This document shows, in pieces, positions 9,455 through 19,988 of a stretch of 64,000 nt of DNA (position 1 is its first letter; each line of letters starts with the position of its first letter). The notes under the pieces were generated by a model. That model saw nothing but the letters and a program-made list of their open reading frames with translations, was not told the origin of the DNA and searched no databases. The translations under genes and the position numbers were made by a program. Location: positions 20,312 through 84,311 of IMG/VR virus record IMGVR_UViG_3300047491_001293. One strand, 5' to 3'. The stretch is from a virus.

Positions 9455-10126
9455 TCAGATAAGCTTAACCAATGACAGCCACTGTATTGGCAAATCAATG
9501 CCTCCCGGTCTGTTGCTGTAGTCCAAATTTTTCATTGGGTATTTTCTCATGTCAAATCTGACATCATTAAATTGTTTTTTGTTGGCAAGAGTTATCTCCA
9601 CAGCAACAGGCACCATGCAATCAACATGACCATAATTGTTTCCATGGACATGAACAACATGGTGCGTTTCAAGCATCTTTTCCATAACTGAAATTGGAAT
9701 TCTTTTTGGATTCATGTGAAAGTGCAATTCAAAAGCAAAGCATGAAACATGTTTTGAAAAATGCTCTTGGTCTAGGGTGTCGAAGAAAGTCCATTCGGAT
9801 CCTTCGGTGTCTATTTTAAGTATGACATTATTTGATTTTGAAACCTCTTCAAGGCTTGAGAAATCACTATAACATTTCAATGTTTTCTGCCTTGCCCATG
9901 GGATATTGCGTTTGGCATGCATGTCGAAACCTATTACATTTATACCCCTTTTGATGATATCATTCTCAAATGTCACATTGTTGCCGAGACCGTATGACAC
10001 ACAAATGTCGGAGTTTTTTAGGCATTTTTCCGGGAAGACATAACCACCATCACAATTGTTTCCAAGACGAACCTTGTTTGTTTTGATTGGCCTTATGTGT
10101 TGCATCATCCATAAAAATCTTTCCAT
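9455..10126 (-). CDS. FkbM/Methyltransf_22-like methyltransferase
   Basis: RLGNNCDGGY, SYGLG, LKIDTEGSEW, HVHGNN; start MERFL after GAGG; TAAATA at 10159-10164. Confidence 0.75.
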   Translation of the reverse strand: MERFLWMMQHIRPIKTNKVRLGNNCDGGYVFPEKCLKNSDICVSYGLGNNVTFENDIIKRGINVIGFDMHAKRNIPWARQKTLKCYSDFSSLEEVSKSNNVILKIDTEGSEWTFFDTLDQEHFSKHVSCFAFELHFHMNPKRIPISVMEKMLETHHVVHVHGNNYGHVDCMVPVAVEITLANKKQFNDVRFDMRKYPMKNLDYSNRPGGIDLPIQWLSLVKLI

Positions 10127-10204
10127 GGCATCCTCATCCTTAAAAATCAGCCTAACACTATTTAAGGCAGTTTGACACTCTTTTGCATAGATAAAATGTG
10201 AACC

Positions 10205-11071
10205 ATGAAGATAACACTGTTTGTTGTGACATATAAAAATGACAAAGTTTTGAATGAGATGGTGCTCAAGTCTCTGCATGATTCCAAATACCCACATGAT
10301 CTAGTAAATGTCAAAATACTGAACAATTTTGGAGACAGAATTGAGATAGATGACAAATTCAAGCCACTCATCAATGAGATTCACCACAACACCATAAGAT
10401 TAGACAATTCAACTGGTCACTTGGCGAGAGATTGGAACCATGGCATCATGAATGCATTTGTAAGCCTTAAAAAGCCAAGGTGTGATGCCGTCATCCTTCT
10501 GCAAAATGACACCATCATGAAAGAAGACTGGTACCTCATAGCAAAAAAATGCGTGAATGAATTTTCATATTGCTCCTTTGGATGTGGTGACCAGTGCCAG
10601 ATAGTTAGACCTGACGCAATAGCCAGAATAGGCATGTTTGATGAGAGATTCTGCAACATTGGCTTTCAAGAGTGCGATTATTTCATTCGTGCAGTATTAA
10701 GGGAGAAAGAAAGGTGCTCAATCAATGACCCAAGCCATGGTAGAATTTTCAACCAAAGAAGTGATTTAAACCCAATAGTACCAACAATTTCAGGTTTTTT
10801 AAGAAGAGATTCACACCATATGGAATCCTTTAATTTTCATCATGTTTCCAAAAGTTTTTTGATAGAGAAATGGGGAGCGCCTATAGTTCCACCATGGGGC
10901 AACACAAAGGATCTGGCAAGATTGCTGTTGGAGTCAAAGGCGCCTTTCAGAAAAATGTGGAAAATGTACCCATACTTTGAGAATGACATAGATCAAAATG
11001 CCTATTTAACCGATAATTATTTCCATGGAAAAAGTATTGAAAACGAAAAGAAAAGAATAAAACTTATATGA
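10205..11071 (+). CDS. GT-A glycosyltransferase paralog (copy 4)
   Basis: Same motifs as 6465-7289 (GHLARDWNHG, LLQND, GMFDERF). Confidence 0.8.
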   Translation: MKITLFVVTYKNDKVLNEMVLKSLHDSKYPHDLVNVKILNNFGDRIEIDDKFKPLINEIHHNTIRLDNSTGHLARDWNHGIMNAFVSLKKPRCDAVILLQNDTIMKEDWYLIAKKCVNEFSYCSFGCGDQCQIVRPDAIARIGMFDERFCNIGFQECDYFIRAVLREKERCSINDPSHGRIFNQRSDLNPIVPTISGFLRRDSHHMESFNFHHVSKSFLIEKWGAPIVPPWGNTKDLARLLLESKAPFRKMWKMYPYFENDIDQNAYLTDNYFHGKSIENEKKRIKLI

Positions 11072-11088
11072 CCACATTAATTTAATTC

Positions 11089-11643
11089 ATGGAAACACTA
11101 CTTGGATACGACAGAAGAGACAAACTTAGACTTTACACTCAACTTGCCAATTTTTTACCTGGGAACATTGCAGAGGTTGGCGTTTACAAGGGTGGAAGTG
11201 CCGAGATAATCGCTGAAAAAAAACTACCAAAGAAAAAGCTTTTTCTGTTCGACACCTTCTGTGGCATGCCAGAGACCAGCCCAGAGGACAACTATCACAA
11301 AAAGGGCAACTTTTCCGATACAAGCTACGAGGCAGTACTCGGTGGCATGAGTAAGTTTGAAAATGTCCATGTCTTCAAGGGTGTCTTCCCTGAGGAAAAC
11401 AGCGATGTCGTCGCCTCGGAGTCCTTCTGCATGGTTCATATCGATGTTGACATCTACAAGTCATACATGGAATGCCTCAACTTTTTCTGGCCTAGGCTCG
11501 TCAAGAATGGGATCATGGTCCTCGATGATTATCACGAAAAGAACTGCCTTGGCGCAAAAAAGGCGGTCAATGAGTTCTTTGCCGACAAAATAGAGAAGCC
11601 AATCTGGCCATGCCATTCGCAGGTTTGCCTGATAAAATCCTAA
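11089..11643 (+). CDS. TylF/MycF-family O-methyltransferase
   Basis: AEVGVYKGGS, FDTFCGMP, VHIDVDIY, VLDDY. Confidence 0.88.
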   Translation: METLLGYDRRDKLRLYTQLANFLPGNIAEVGVYKGGSAEIIAEKKLPKKKLFLFDTFCGMPETSPEDNYHKKGNFSDTSYEAVLGGMSKFENVHVFKGVFPEENSDVVASESFCMVHIDVDIYKSYMECLNFFWPRLVKNGIMVLDDYHEKNCLGAKKAVNEFFADKIEKPIWPCHSQVCLIKS

Positions 11644-11671
11644 TTGATTTAATTTGTGAACTACCCACCCA

Positions 11672-12679
11672 ATGAAAAGACCAACATCAATAGATCTGTT
11701 CGCTGGCTGTGGCGGTTTGACTCTTGGGTTCGAGATGGCAGGATTTGAGTGCATTGCCTGCAATGAGATTGACAAAAACACCTGTGATACCCTTCGTGCG
11801 AATCGGCCATCATGCAATCTCATAGATGGCGACATATGCATGGTCAACTTCAAGGAATTTAAAGGTGAGGCTGACATTGTGACTGGGGGTTTTCCATGCC
11901 AATCATTCAGCTCCGCCGGCAAAAGGCTGGGACTCGATGACATCCGTGGCACCATGTTCTACCAGTTTGCCAGGGCCATCGATGAGATAAGGCCGAGAAT
12001 GGCAATTGGCGAGAATGTCCGTGGCCTTCTGAGCCATGACAATGGAAAAACCCTTGAGACCATGCTTTCTGTTCTGGACTCGATTGGGTATCGGGTTGAA
12101 CAACCATACCTACTCAAGGCCGTTGATTATGATGTCCCACAGAAGAGGGAGCGCCTATTCATCATCGCCATCAGGAAAGATTTGGACATACAATTCAAGC
12201 CTCCACAAAAATCTACAAAAAAATGGACACTGTATGATGCCCTAAGATCAGGGGGGCTTTTCGCAACTGATGTGCCACCATCGGCTGGATCCAAATACCC
12301 AGAATCAAGAAGAAGTGTCTTGGACATGGTGCCACCTGGTGGCTGCTGGCGTAATCTTCCTCTGGACATACAAAAATCCTACATGAAAGGTTGTTTCTAC
12401 AACGATGGTGGCAAGACCGGCATAGCCAGGAGGCTGAGCTGGGATGAGCCAAGCCTAACACTGCTTTGCAGCCCGATTCAGAAACAGACAGAGAGATGCC
12501 ATCCAGATGAAACAAGGCCGTTGACAATAAGGGAATACGCAAGGATACAGACATTCCCGGACAGCTACACATTCTGCGGCCCTAACTCAAGCCAGTACAA
12601 GCAGATTGGCAATGCGGTTCCTGTGAACCTAGCCATGGCCGTTGGCAAGGCGGTTAGATCGTCACTTGGCGTGTTTTAG
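11672..12679 (+). CDS. dcm: DNA (cytosine-5)-methyltransferase
   Basis: DLFAGCGG, GGFPCQ, ENV, QKRER, RIQTFP, QIGNAVP. Confidence 0.95.
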   Translation: MKRPTSIDLFAGCGGLTLGFEMAGFECIACNEIDKNTCDTLRANRPSCNLIDGDICMVNFKEFKGEADIVTGGFPCQSFSSAGKRLGLDDIRGTMFYQFARAIDEIRPRMAIGENVRGLLSHDNGKTLETMLSVLDSIGYRVEQPYLLKAVDYDVPQKRERLFIIAIRKDLDIQFKPPQKSTKKWTLYDALRSGGLFATDVPPSAGSKYPESRRSVLDMVPPGGCWRNLPLDIQKSYMKGCFYNDGGKTGIARRLSWDEPSLTLLCSPIQKQTERCHPDETRPLTIREYARIQTFPDSYTFCGPNSSQYKQIGNAVPVNLAMAVGKAVRSSLGVF

Positions 12680-12706
12680 TTGCCATTGAAAAGCATAAAT
12701 AGACAC

Positions 12707-13348
12707 ATGGTCATAAACGACAGCCAAAAACTAATTTTTTTTATGACGCCACGATGCTCGTCCACCACCCTCCATGAACTGATAACAAGTAATTTCACGG
12801 GTTGTAGGACGATAACATCGACCACCAGCGCCGGGGTTGTGCACCACCACACCAGAATGGCTGGCATGTGGGAAAGCAAGTACTACAAATACACAGCAGT
12901 CGTGCCAACGAGGCCACTGCTGGAATGGGCGGTGTCTTGTTACAACAACTTCGTTGGCAACTTCCCGCACCACAACTTCTCGTCTTCTTTTGATGACTTT
13001 GTTGTCAACATGCGTGGCATCGACACTAGATATGGCGATGAAATGACTGGATTCAACTGGTTCCAGCATTCTCCACAGAACATGATTGCCCTTGGGCGTG
13101 GAAGGCTGCCGAATTTCACGAGAATAGTGACATTAAGGCATGATCACCTTCTGGAGGACATGTGGCAGATCATAGAGAGTGGGTTCCACAAGAACATGTT
13201 CATTCCCAATGTTCGAAGAAATTCATGCCATCCAGTCGCAAAGGTGAACATATCCGATGATGTCAAAAGAACCATCGTCAAGCTTTGCTGCCCATTTGGC
13301 GAAGACTGGGATGAAAAGCAAAGGGCAAAAATAGCAAAATTACCATGA
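12707..13348 (+). CDS. Sulfotransferase-like protein (divergent)
   Basis: FFMTPRCSSTTL resembles the 5'-PSB loop; RPLLEWAVSCY resembles the 3'-PB motif; TAAATA 5 nt upstream. Confidence 0.55.
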   Translation: MVINDSQKLIFFMTPRCSSTTLHELITSNFTGCRTITSTTSAGVVHHHTRMAGMWESKYYKYTAVVPTRPLLEWAVSCYNNFVGNFPHHNFSSSFDDFVVNMRGIDTRYGDEMTGFNWFQHSPQNMIALGRGRLPNFTRIVTLRHDHLLEDMWQIIESGFHKNMFIPNVRRNSCHPVAKVNISDDVKRTIVKLCCPFGEDWDEKQRAKIAKLP

Positions 13349-13360
13349 GAGGTTCAACCC

Positions 13361-13810
13361 ATGAAAATCATATCTCACAGAGGCAACTTGATCGGACCAG
13401 ATCCAAGCACTGAAAACACATTGAGGCAATTTGAGATAGCCATATCAAAAGGGTTTGAGATTGAGATCGATGTCTGGAAAATCGTTGAAGGAACCGTGTG
13501 GATTGGCCATGACCAGGGAGACAGCGTGATGCCAAAATCTTTCCTTGAGGACAACTCAAGCAGAATATGGGTTCATGCCAAAAGCCTACAGGCTGTAGAG
13601 TCTCTGCGTTTCATGCATGGCATAAACTGGTTCTGGCACGAAAACGACAGAATGACCATCACAAGCAAGGGTTACATATGGTGCTATCCAGGAACATACA
13701 TTGATGGCGGCATTAGCGTTGTAAACCAGAAGGATTTCCAGACCGATCATGACATACTTGGCATATGCACTGATTTCCCAGAAAACTTCAAGAGGTTTCA
13801 ATCTTTGTGA
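13361..13810 (+). CDS. GDPD/PLC-like phosphodiesterase-family protein
   Basis: IISHRGN, EIDVW, WIGHD, WVHAK, GICTD; GAGG SD. Confidence 0.8.
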   Translation: MKIISHRGNLIGPDPSTENTLRQFEIAISKGFEIEIDVWKIVEGTVWIGHDQGDSVMPKSFLEDNSSRIWVHAKSLQAVESLRFMHGINWFWHENDRMTITSKGYIWCYPGTYIDGGISVVNQKDFQTDHDILGICTDFPENFKRFQSL

Positions 13811-14103
13811 TTTGATATTTTTTCAACGAACTTGGATATCACAGTATCAAAAAAACCATCACTTACATCCATGTGCATGGCGTGTTTGAACTCATCGCTG
13901 AGCATCTTCGACAAAACATGCCAGTCATCTTCATATACGCAAATTGGCGGCTTTCTGCTGGACAAGGCATTTTGCAATCTATCACTCAACATCCTAAACC
14001 CCTCCAAAAGACCATGACAAAGCGACTTAATGTCGCCCTCAAAAACCTCACCTGGGGTAATTTTTTCAAAAAATAATTTGCCCATGCTCATGAACGCCAG
14101 CAT
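13798..14103 (-). CDS. Hypothetical protein
   Basis: 101 aa ORF converging on the GDPD gene. Confidence 0.5.
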   Translation of the reverse strand: MLAFMSMGKLFFEKITPGEVFEGDIKSLCHGLLEGFRMLSDRLQNALSSRKPPICVYEDDWHVLSKMLSDEFKHAMHMDVSDGFFDTVISKFVEKISNHKD

Positions 14104-14320
14104 ACGAAAAACGAGTTGCTTGTGTCAACACCTAAGCCTTTTTTTGCAAACGATTTATAACTTTTCTAAATGAAAATATGGGCAAAAAAACAAGGTCTTG
14201 GATATGTGGGCATTATGGGAAAATAAACTGCGAACAAGGTAAAACAGCTTGTTTTTTTGAAATGGTTAAGACATAGTAAGTTTGAGTTTTGTTTTTTTTA
14301 GCTCACAACAAGGGGAAAAG

Positions 14321-14725
14321 ATGAAGACTAACCTTTCGGTGGAAATGCGTGAGAAGTGCTTTAAGGCGCTTTCTGAACTGCGCTTCAAGATGGCTGTGGT
14401 GATGGCCTACCCAAACCACAAAAACAATGAGATAAAGCTGATCAGGACAACTGGCAAGTCAATTGACATGCTTGACATAACGGACGATGAGACATTCTGG
14501 GAGGTTGACAAGTACAAGGACTTCTTGCTTGAATGTCTTCCATGCCCATATTACCAGAAGAACAAGGTCATATTCACCGATGAGCACCTCAGCAAGAATG
14601 CCATCTTCTTCCTTGATCACGCCAAGATAGTTTGGAATGTGGTCGACAGGTCAATTACCATGTACGACATGGGAACCAGAGAGACAAAGGTCATTTATGC
14701 CGATCCAGTCAAACTGGAGGCGTAG
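14321..14725 (+). CDS. Hypothetical protein
   Basis: 134 aa from MKTNL with AGGGG SD. Confidence 0.65.
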   Translation: MKTNLSVEMREKCFKALSELRFKMAVVMAYPNHKNNEIKLIRTTGKSIDMLDITDDETFWEVDKYKDFLLECLPCPYYQKNKVIFTDEHLSKNAIFFLDHAKIVWNVVDRSITMYDMGTRETKVIYADPVKLEA

Positions 14726-15266
14726 GGCTTTTGCATGTTGAAATGGCAATCACCGACTTTGGGTCAAAAACAAAGTGCAGACCCTGCTGTACGATGGTTC
14801 TCGCCCACTTGTCAGAGCTAATGCAATTGGGATGCAAGGGGTAGCGTGCAAAGACATCACGCCTGATGAAACAGAAGTCCATGCAAAAATCAAAAGCAGT
14901 GGTCTGTTCGCCCCTTAAGTTTTTTACAACCTCGATGCGTTCTGATTCAGAGCTTGAATCGCAGTTCAAGCATGCTCCAGTGACTGCAAAACATGCGTCA
15001 TCCTCAAAATGCTTAAGTACAGCGCTCCAGTCGATTCTAACCACATCAAAATCAAAGGATGAGAAGAAGCACAATATGTCAGAGGAACCGTTTTTTACCG
15101 CCATGCCATATTCATGCAATGTCGGCCTTTGACCATGGGGAACGCATGAAGATTTACCCTTTACATTTTCAATCAAATTACACAACAAGCAAAAAACAAA
15201 ATCTGTCTCTGTGTCGTTTTTAAAAATGTGAACATCAACGGTGGGCGATTCACCAAGTGTTCTCAT
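14709..15266 (-). CDS. Degenerate GT2-like protein
   Basis: AVTGACL and FCFIRRDVF resemble GT2 segments; start MRTLG after GAGG. Confidence 0.4.
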   Translation of the reverse strand: MRTLGESPTVDVHIFKNDTETDFVFCLLCNLIENVKGKSSCVPHGQRPTLHEYGMAVKNGSSDILCFFSSFDFDVVRIDWSAVLKHFEDDACFAVTGACLNCDSSSESERIEVVKNLRGEQTTAFDFCMDFCFIRRDVFARYPLHPNCISSDKWARTIVQQGLHFVFDPKSVIAISTCKSPTPPV

Positions 15267-15909
15267 CAAGTAAATCCTCCCCATCGTAAAGCTCAAACTT
15301 GGCTGCTATTGGTATCGAGTCATATGGGACAAACACAAGCACCTTGTAGTAAACGGATGTGTCAGTTCCCTCGTCAATTTTAAACCATGACTCGACACCA
15401 CTATCTGCCCTGTGTATTTTCACAGACCTATTGCGGAACTTCAAAGCTCTTGCGACAAGGTTAGAAACAAATTCTTGTGAGAAGTTGAAGCTGGACACCT
15501 CTTGAGCGGCCATGGATTTGACCACCTTTGTCGGTGCCACTATAACTTTTCGCTTGTCAGAGGAAAGGCAGCAATAATACTGCGATTGCGTCCTGCAATC
15601 CCTGCCATCTATGGTCTCAAACCCGCCAGGTATCGGGTAAAATCTCATGGCCTCAAATATGATGTCTGACCTATTGTCACGGCACTTGAACTGCGCCGTC
15701 CTATTGTGCTTTGCGCAGCGGAAGTCTATCATCTCCCGCATATCCTCCTCCAGTGAGACCTCCTCAAACTGGTAGCCGAACCTTTTATTCATGTATCTGG
15801 CAAGTGTCGATGCAATTCCATTGCCAAACTTTATTCTGGATGATATTGAGTCGCTTTTCATTTTTGAATCGTAATTCCTTTTTGGAAAATTTTCAATAGT
15901 TGTTACCAA
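15250..15909 (-). CDS. Putative PD-(D/E)xK nuclease-fold protein
   Basis: EEDMREMIDF...AQFKCRD pattern (D...Q-x-K); GAGG SD. Confidence 0.45.
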   Translation of the reverse strand: MVTTIENFPKRNYDSKMKSDSISSRIKFGNGIASTLARYMNKRFGYQFEEVSLEEDMREMIDFRCAKHNRTAQFKCRDNRSDIIFEAMRFYPIPGGFETIDGRDCRTQSQYYCCLSSDKRKVIVAPTKVVKSMAAQEVSSFNFSQEFVSNLVARALKFRNRSVKIHRADSGVESWFKIDEGTDTSVYYKVLVFVPYDSIPIAAKFELYDGEDLLDENTW

Positions 15910-16510
15910 GAACCTCTGCTATGTGCTCCCACTTATTTCTGGAGCATATGTGCTCATAGATCTCACCATCGGATTGTTCATAGGTCAATGACCAGAAGCC
16001 AATGCTTGCCCAGACATCACGGTGAGCGACCATCTGCATTGCGTCTATATTGTATTGCTTTGGTGGAACACCAGCAAAGTAGGCTGGCGTTTCCATTTTG
16101 ACGCCACCGGGTTTGTAATGGTTTATGGAAAAAACTACGACATCAGAATTTGTGGCTTCAATCTTTTCATTTATCGTTTCTAGGGCATTGGGGAAGAGGT
16201 AATTGTCTATATTGAAATGGATGTAGTATTCGCAATCGGTGTTGGCATAGGCAAACCGCATGGCAGCATCTCTGGAGCTGTGCCCCCAATTTGCCATGCG
16301 GACACTTGTGTTCAGAAAGTAAGTATTCATTTTCAAGTCAACACCTGCAAGCTCATCAGAGTATGGTGTTGATTTATAGCCATCATGGCATATGAATACA
16401 TCAAAGCATCTGTAGGTCTGGGCTGATAAAGATTTCAAGCCGTTAACCATGCCATCCCTTGGCACATGGCCTTCGTAGTCAACAGCAATTATGCCAAACT
16501 TGACGCCCAT
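15893..16510 (-). CDS. GT2-family glycosyltransferase
   Basis: ICHDG, NWGHSSRD, HFNIDN, IDAMQMV, SDG. Confidence 0.7.
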   Translation of the reverse strand: MGVKFGIIAVDYEGHVPRDGMVNGLKSLSAQTYRCFDVFICHDGYKSTPYSDELAGVDLKMNTYFLNTSVRMANWGHSSRDAAMRFAYANTDCEYYIHFNIDNYLFPNALETINEKIEATNSDVVVFSINHYKPGGVKMETPAYFAGVPPKQYNIDAMQMVAHRDVWASIGFWSLTYEQSDGEIYEHICSRNKWEHIAEVLGNNY

Positions 16511-16681
16511 AAAATTTATTTCTGAGATAATGAGATAACTTAGTTACTCTCATCTGTTTTTTTGGGTTGTGTTCATTCGGTTCATTTCGGCCATGATGGA
16601 TTCCATTTTCTTATTTAGCCCAATGATTTCTTTGAAACTTTTGATGGAAATACTGATTTTTCACTGTTGGTGAGGTGCAAA

Positions 16682-16709
16682 TTTACAAAAAAATCATTTT
16701 CAATATCAT
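16682..16709 (+). promoter_or_regulatory. T4-early/sigma70-type promoter
   Basis: TTTACA-N16-TATCAT upstream of a GGAGG SD. Confidence 0.6.
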
Positions 16710-16726
16710 GTGATTGGAGGATTGAA

Positions 16727-17884
16727 ATGGCAAGTAAAGAAGAAAAGACAAGGAAGAAGAATGAATCCCAGGTTCTGGGAAGGTATCCAGGCTTGTCAAT
16801 TGTTGGTGAAGAGCATGTTGACCAACAGATCATATCCTCAATCAAAAAGGCCTACAAAAGCATCATTCTAACAGTTGACTCAAAAAGGAAGAGCGAAAGT
16901 GAGCTCATCGTCTGTGATTTTCTCAAACACATAAAAAAACATGGTTTCCACAGCCAGCAAAAAAGCAACAATGTGGTAAACAAGTTCTGGGACATTTACA
17001 AGCCGGGGGCTGGTAAACTTTTGAATGACATCTACGAAAGCATCAAGAGTAAGGAGAATGACAAGCTTGGCTTCTTCATATCAGCCGTGCACTACACAAC
17101 CACCATATTGACAAACAAGATATTCAAGTGCTGCAAGCTTGAAAGCATACTGCCGGACACATTCATGCTCTGCTCACTGTATAAGGATGTATTGCTCCTT
17201 AGGTTCCACCAAATACCAAGCAGAGCCACGCCATCTGGCAGGGTGTACAAGCACGAAAAAAGCATAGTGGTTGACGGGAAGGAATATGAAATATGGTTCA
17301 CCAAGCATGCACTGGAGCGGATCATGCAGAGGGTGGCAAGTTTCGATGTGATGAAAATCATGGGCGAATTCATGTTCCATGCCCATTTTGAGTTCAGTGG
17401 ATTCGGAAAGTTCCAGCACCTTCTTTGTGCCTATCTGGCAACAACCATATCTGGAAGTGTGGCACTCACGGATGAGGACGACATACCAACCATGAGTGGG
17501 CAGAATCCAGTTGACATGATATCCAAGTATTTGTACTTCCCATTTGTTGTCGAGGACAACAGGATCATATGCAAGAGCGGCTTGATACCTGGATTTTATG
17601 GCACCCCAGAGTTTTTGCTCAGGCAGGCCATAGAGAAGAACAATGTCGTGTTTGAAGGCGAGATGGTTGATCTTGACAAACCCATAAAAACCAATGGTGG
17701 CAAGATGATCACGCCATCGAAGGTTGTCAGGGATTTTTACGAGAAAAACTGCGATGGTCAAATGGTGAACACCAACAACTTCTATTTCATATCTTATATT
17801 TTCCACAAGCTTGGCATGACGCAGTACTACATGGGCGAGATGGAGAGCTTCTTCCCGATAATATCAAGAAATATCAAGGAATAA
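16727..17884 (+). CDS. Hypothetical protein
   Basis: 385 aa from MASKE with GGAGG SD; FTKHALERI segment. Confidence 0.75.
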   Translation: MASKEEKTRKKNESQVLGRYPGLSIVGEEHVDQQIISSIKKAYKSIILTVDSKRKSESELIVCDFLKHIKKHGFHSQQKSNNVVNKFWDIYKPGAGKLLNDIYESIKSKENDKLGFFISAVHYTTTILTNKIFKCCKLESILPDTFMLCSLYKDVLLLRFHQIPSRATPSGRVYKHEKSIVVDGKEYEIWFTKHALERIMQRVASFDVMKIMGEFMFHAHFEFSGFGKFQHLLCAYLATTISGSVALTDEDDIPTMSGQNPVDMISKYLYFPFVVEDNRIICKSGLIPGFYGTPEFLLRQAIEKNNVVFEGEMVDLDKPIKTNGGKMITPSKVVRDFYEKNCDGQMVNTNNFYFISYIFHKLGMTQYYMGEMESFFPIISRNIKE

Positions 17885-17900
17885 TTCATGCAATTGAAGA

Positions 17901-18197
17901 TTACATCCAGTCGTACCAAGTCAAACTCTTGCCATCAGCAAGCTTTTGAAGATGACGGATGTCAACATGATTACTATTGAAGTTGGAAACACTGGAATTA
18001 AAAGAATTTGGATTTTCTTGTTTGAATTTCTCAATTTTTGGCAGCAAGTCAGGGTTCTGGTTCAATATATCGGTAATTATTTTCATGCTTTGCTGATCTG
18101 TAACAGCCGAAAAAAGATCAGGAGGAATTTGTTCATTTAAAACATTGTCCTTAACTATCAAATTTTCACGAATCAAAAAATCATGGAAACTTATCAT
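17901..18197 (-). CDS. Hypothetical protein with capsid-targeting-like N-terminus
   Basis: MISFHDFLIRE; GAGG SD. Confidence 0.6.
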   Translation of the reverse strand: MISFHDFLIRENLIVKDNVLNEQIPPDLFSAVTDQQSMKIITDILNQNPDLLPKIEKFKQENPNSFNSSVSNFNSNHVDIRHLQKLADGKSLTWYDWM

Positions 18198-18220
18198 TTC
18201 AACCTCTTTATTCAAATGAA

Positions 18221-18955
18221 TTAATCAGATTTACCACCGTTATTTTTTATTCTCTCGATCCTCTCAATGTGCTTCAGCCCGCTTTTTTTTATGTGGCCAA
18301 TTGTATCATCGACCTCTTTATCCGCATTCATTATACTGATTGCCTGCTTGTCCTTGAATGTGTTTATGCCGAAGTTGAAATCCTTGCCCTTGAGCCTTCC
18401 AGTCCTGTCCATCAATATAAAGGTGACAAGGAGCTTTGGCCTCCTCTCATTCCTTATCATGCCCTTGCCATCGTACATGGTGTTGTAGAGCTTCCTAGGG
18501 AATCCACTCTCTGGCTGCAGTGACATGTGGTTGTCTATGACAAAATGCAAGGTTTCCATGTCCTCGGGAGACAAGGATAGGTACATGTCCTTTATTGGCC
18601 CAGTCAGCTTTTCGATCATTGGCATGTAATGCTTTGGAGACTCGTGCCCGTGCGATTTCACCTTTCCGTCATCGCCAAACTTGCTGGCGCTGGCTTTGCC
18701 GATGTCATGGAACCACGCAGCAAGCTTGAGAACCCTAAGGTCTGAATCGGAAAGGTTCATGTCAAGATTTTTGAAAACACTGTCTGGATTTTCCTTGTCC
18801 CTTGCGATAAAATTCAAGGCCAGTGGGAGCCGGCTACGAACCATCCTGGTGTGCGTGAACACATCGCCCTCGGCGTGATGCTCGGGGTTCTGTGGCACTG
18901 GCTTCAAAATTTGCCTCAAGGAAACTTCTTTAATTAGGAACTGCTTGAAATTCAT
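18221..18955 (-). CDS. HD-domain phosphohydrolase (type seen in CCA-adding enzymes)
   Basis: PQNPEHHAEGDVFTHT, AAWFHDIGK, GHE, NHM; N-terminus MNFKQFLIKE. Confidence 0.85.
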   Translation of the reverse strand: MNFKQFLIKEVSLRQILKPVPQNPEHHAEGDVFTHTRMVRSRLPLALNFIARDKENPDSVFKNLDMNLSDSDLRVLKLAAWFHDIGKASASKFGDDGKVKSHGHESPKHYMPMIEKLTGPIKDMYLSLSPEDMETLHFVIDNHMSLQPESGFPRKLYNTMYDGKGMIRNERRPKLLVTFILMDRTGRLKGKDFNFGINTFKDKQAISIMNADKEVDDTIGHIKKSGLKHIERIERIKNNGGKSD

Positions 18956-18985
18956 GGTAACCTATATATCCAAAGGTGCAACAAT

Positions 18986-19354
18986 ATGAGCGTTTTTGAA
19001 TTGATATCCGACATCCAAAAGAAGTTTGAGAACCTTGACAAGACATGGGTTCGATTCGAGTCAAGGGAAAGGAACGCACTTCTATCAGAGGTGACATCCA
19101 AGATATCAATCCTTCAGAAAATCAGCCTTGCCGAGGATAATTGCATTGGTGACCAATCCATCACCATAAGCCCTCAAAACAGCCAGCCAGTTGCCCACGA
19201 CCCAGACTCCCAAGTGTTTGATAGGCTCTTGCAATGTGTCAAGATGCTCGCCTACAGTGGCAAGTTCGACCTCAACGCCATAGCAACATACCTTGACATC
19301 AATGTGGACAAGGCAAAATTGCTGATGGATCAGTGGAAATCGGAAAAGAATTAG
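18986..19354 (+). CDS. Hypothetical protein, possible C-terminal HTH
   Basis: 122 aa; DLNAIATYLDINVDKAK. Confidence 0.6.
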   Translation: MSVFELISDIQKKFENLDKTWVRFESRERNALLSEVTSKISILQKISLAEDNCIGDQSITISPQNSQPVAHDPDSQVFDRLLQCVKMLAYSGKFDLNAIATYLDINVDKAKLLMDQWKSEKN

Positions 19355-19950
19355 CTTGGTAGGCGCAATATCTTCTTGAAGGATTGCGCCATCTCATCCA
19401 TGGCAATCTTGCTTGCCTGGCTGGTTGGCATGCCTTGCTGCAGCTCATCAAACCTTGAAACATATCGTGAATATTGTCTCATGATGATTTGCTTGTCCAG
19501 ATTGTTGAAATCGGCAAGGTCATTGTCACTGAAATCACAAAGTTTTGTCAATATGGAGTAAACAAGACCAAGTGTGTACTCGCCGCCATCTCTTATGACA
19601 AGCGATTTACCGATGTCCATGAAAGATATGCTCTCTCGAATTTCATCAATCTGATCCTCAAAAAAACCAAATGTTTCATTTCTCATCGCAATGAGGACGG
19701 TCTCGTTGTGGCCGACATGCTCAAACTTCAAAATCGCAAAACCACTGTCGCTTTTTGTTTTTTTGAAAAACTTGTCAATGAGCATAACCGTGCGCTCATG
19801 GTCTACGCACACATCAACAATCTCTTCGCTTGAGTCATTGAACACACAAACATGCATCATCTCGCCATGGTATCTCTCGAGCACAAAGCTCTTTGCGTCT
19901 GAGCAAGCCTCAGATGGACTGGCATGCTTAATTATTGTCATGTCGCTCAT
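19351..19950 (-). CDS. Hypothetical protein
   Basis: 199 aa ORF. Confidence 0.65.
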   Translation of the reverse strand: MSDMTIIKHASPSEACSDAKSFVLERYHGEMMHVCVFNDSSEEIVDVCVDHERTVMLIDKFFKKTKSDSGFAILKFEHVGHNETVLIAMRNETFGFFEDQIDEIRESISFMDIGKSLVIRDGGEYTLGLVYSILTKLCDFSDNDLADFNNLDKQIIMRQYSRYVSRFDELQQGMPTSQASKIAMDEMAQSFKKILRLPS

Positions 19951-19988
19951 AATGGTAGTTTACTTGAAAAATCACTTGTGTAAAGTGA

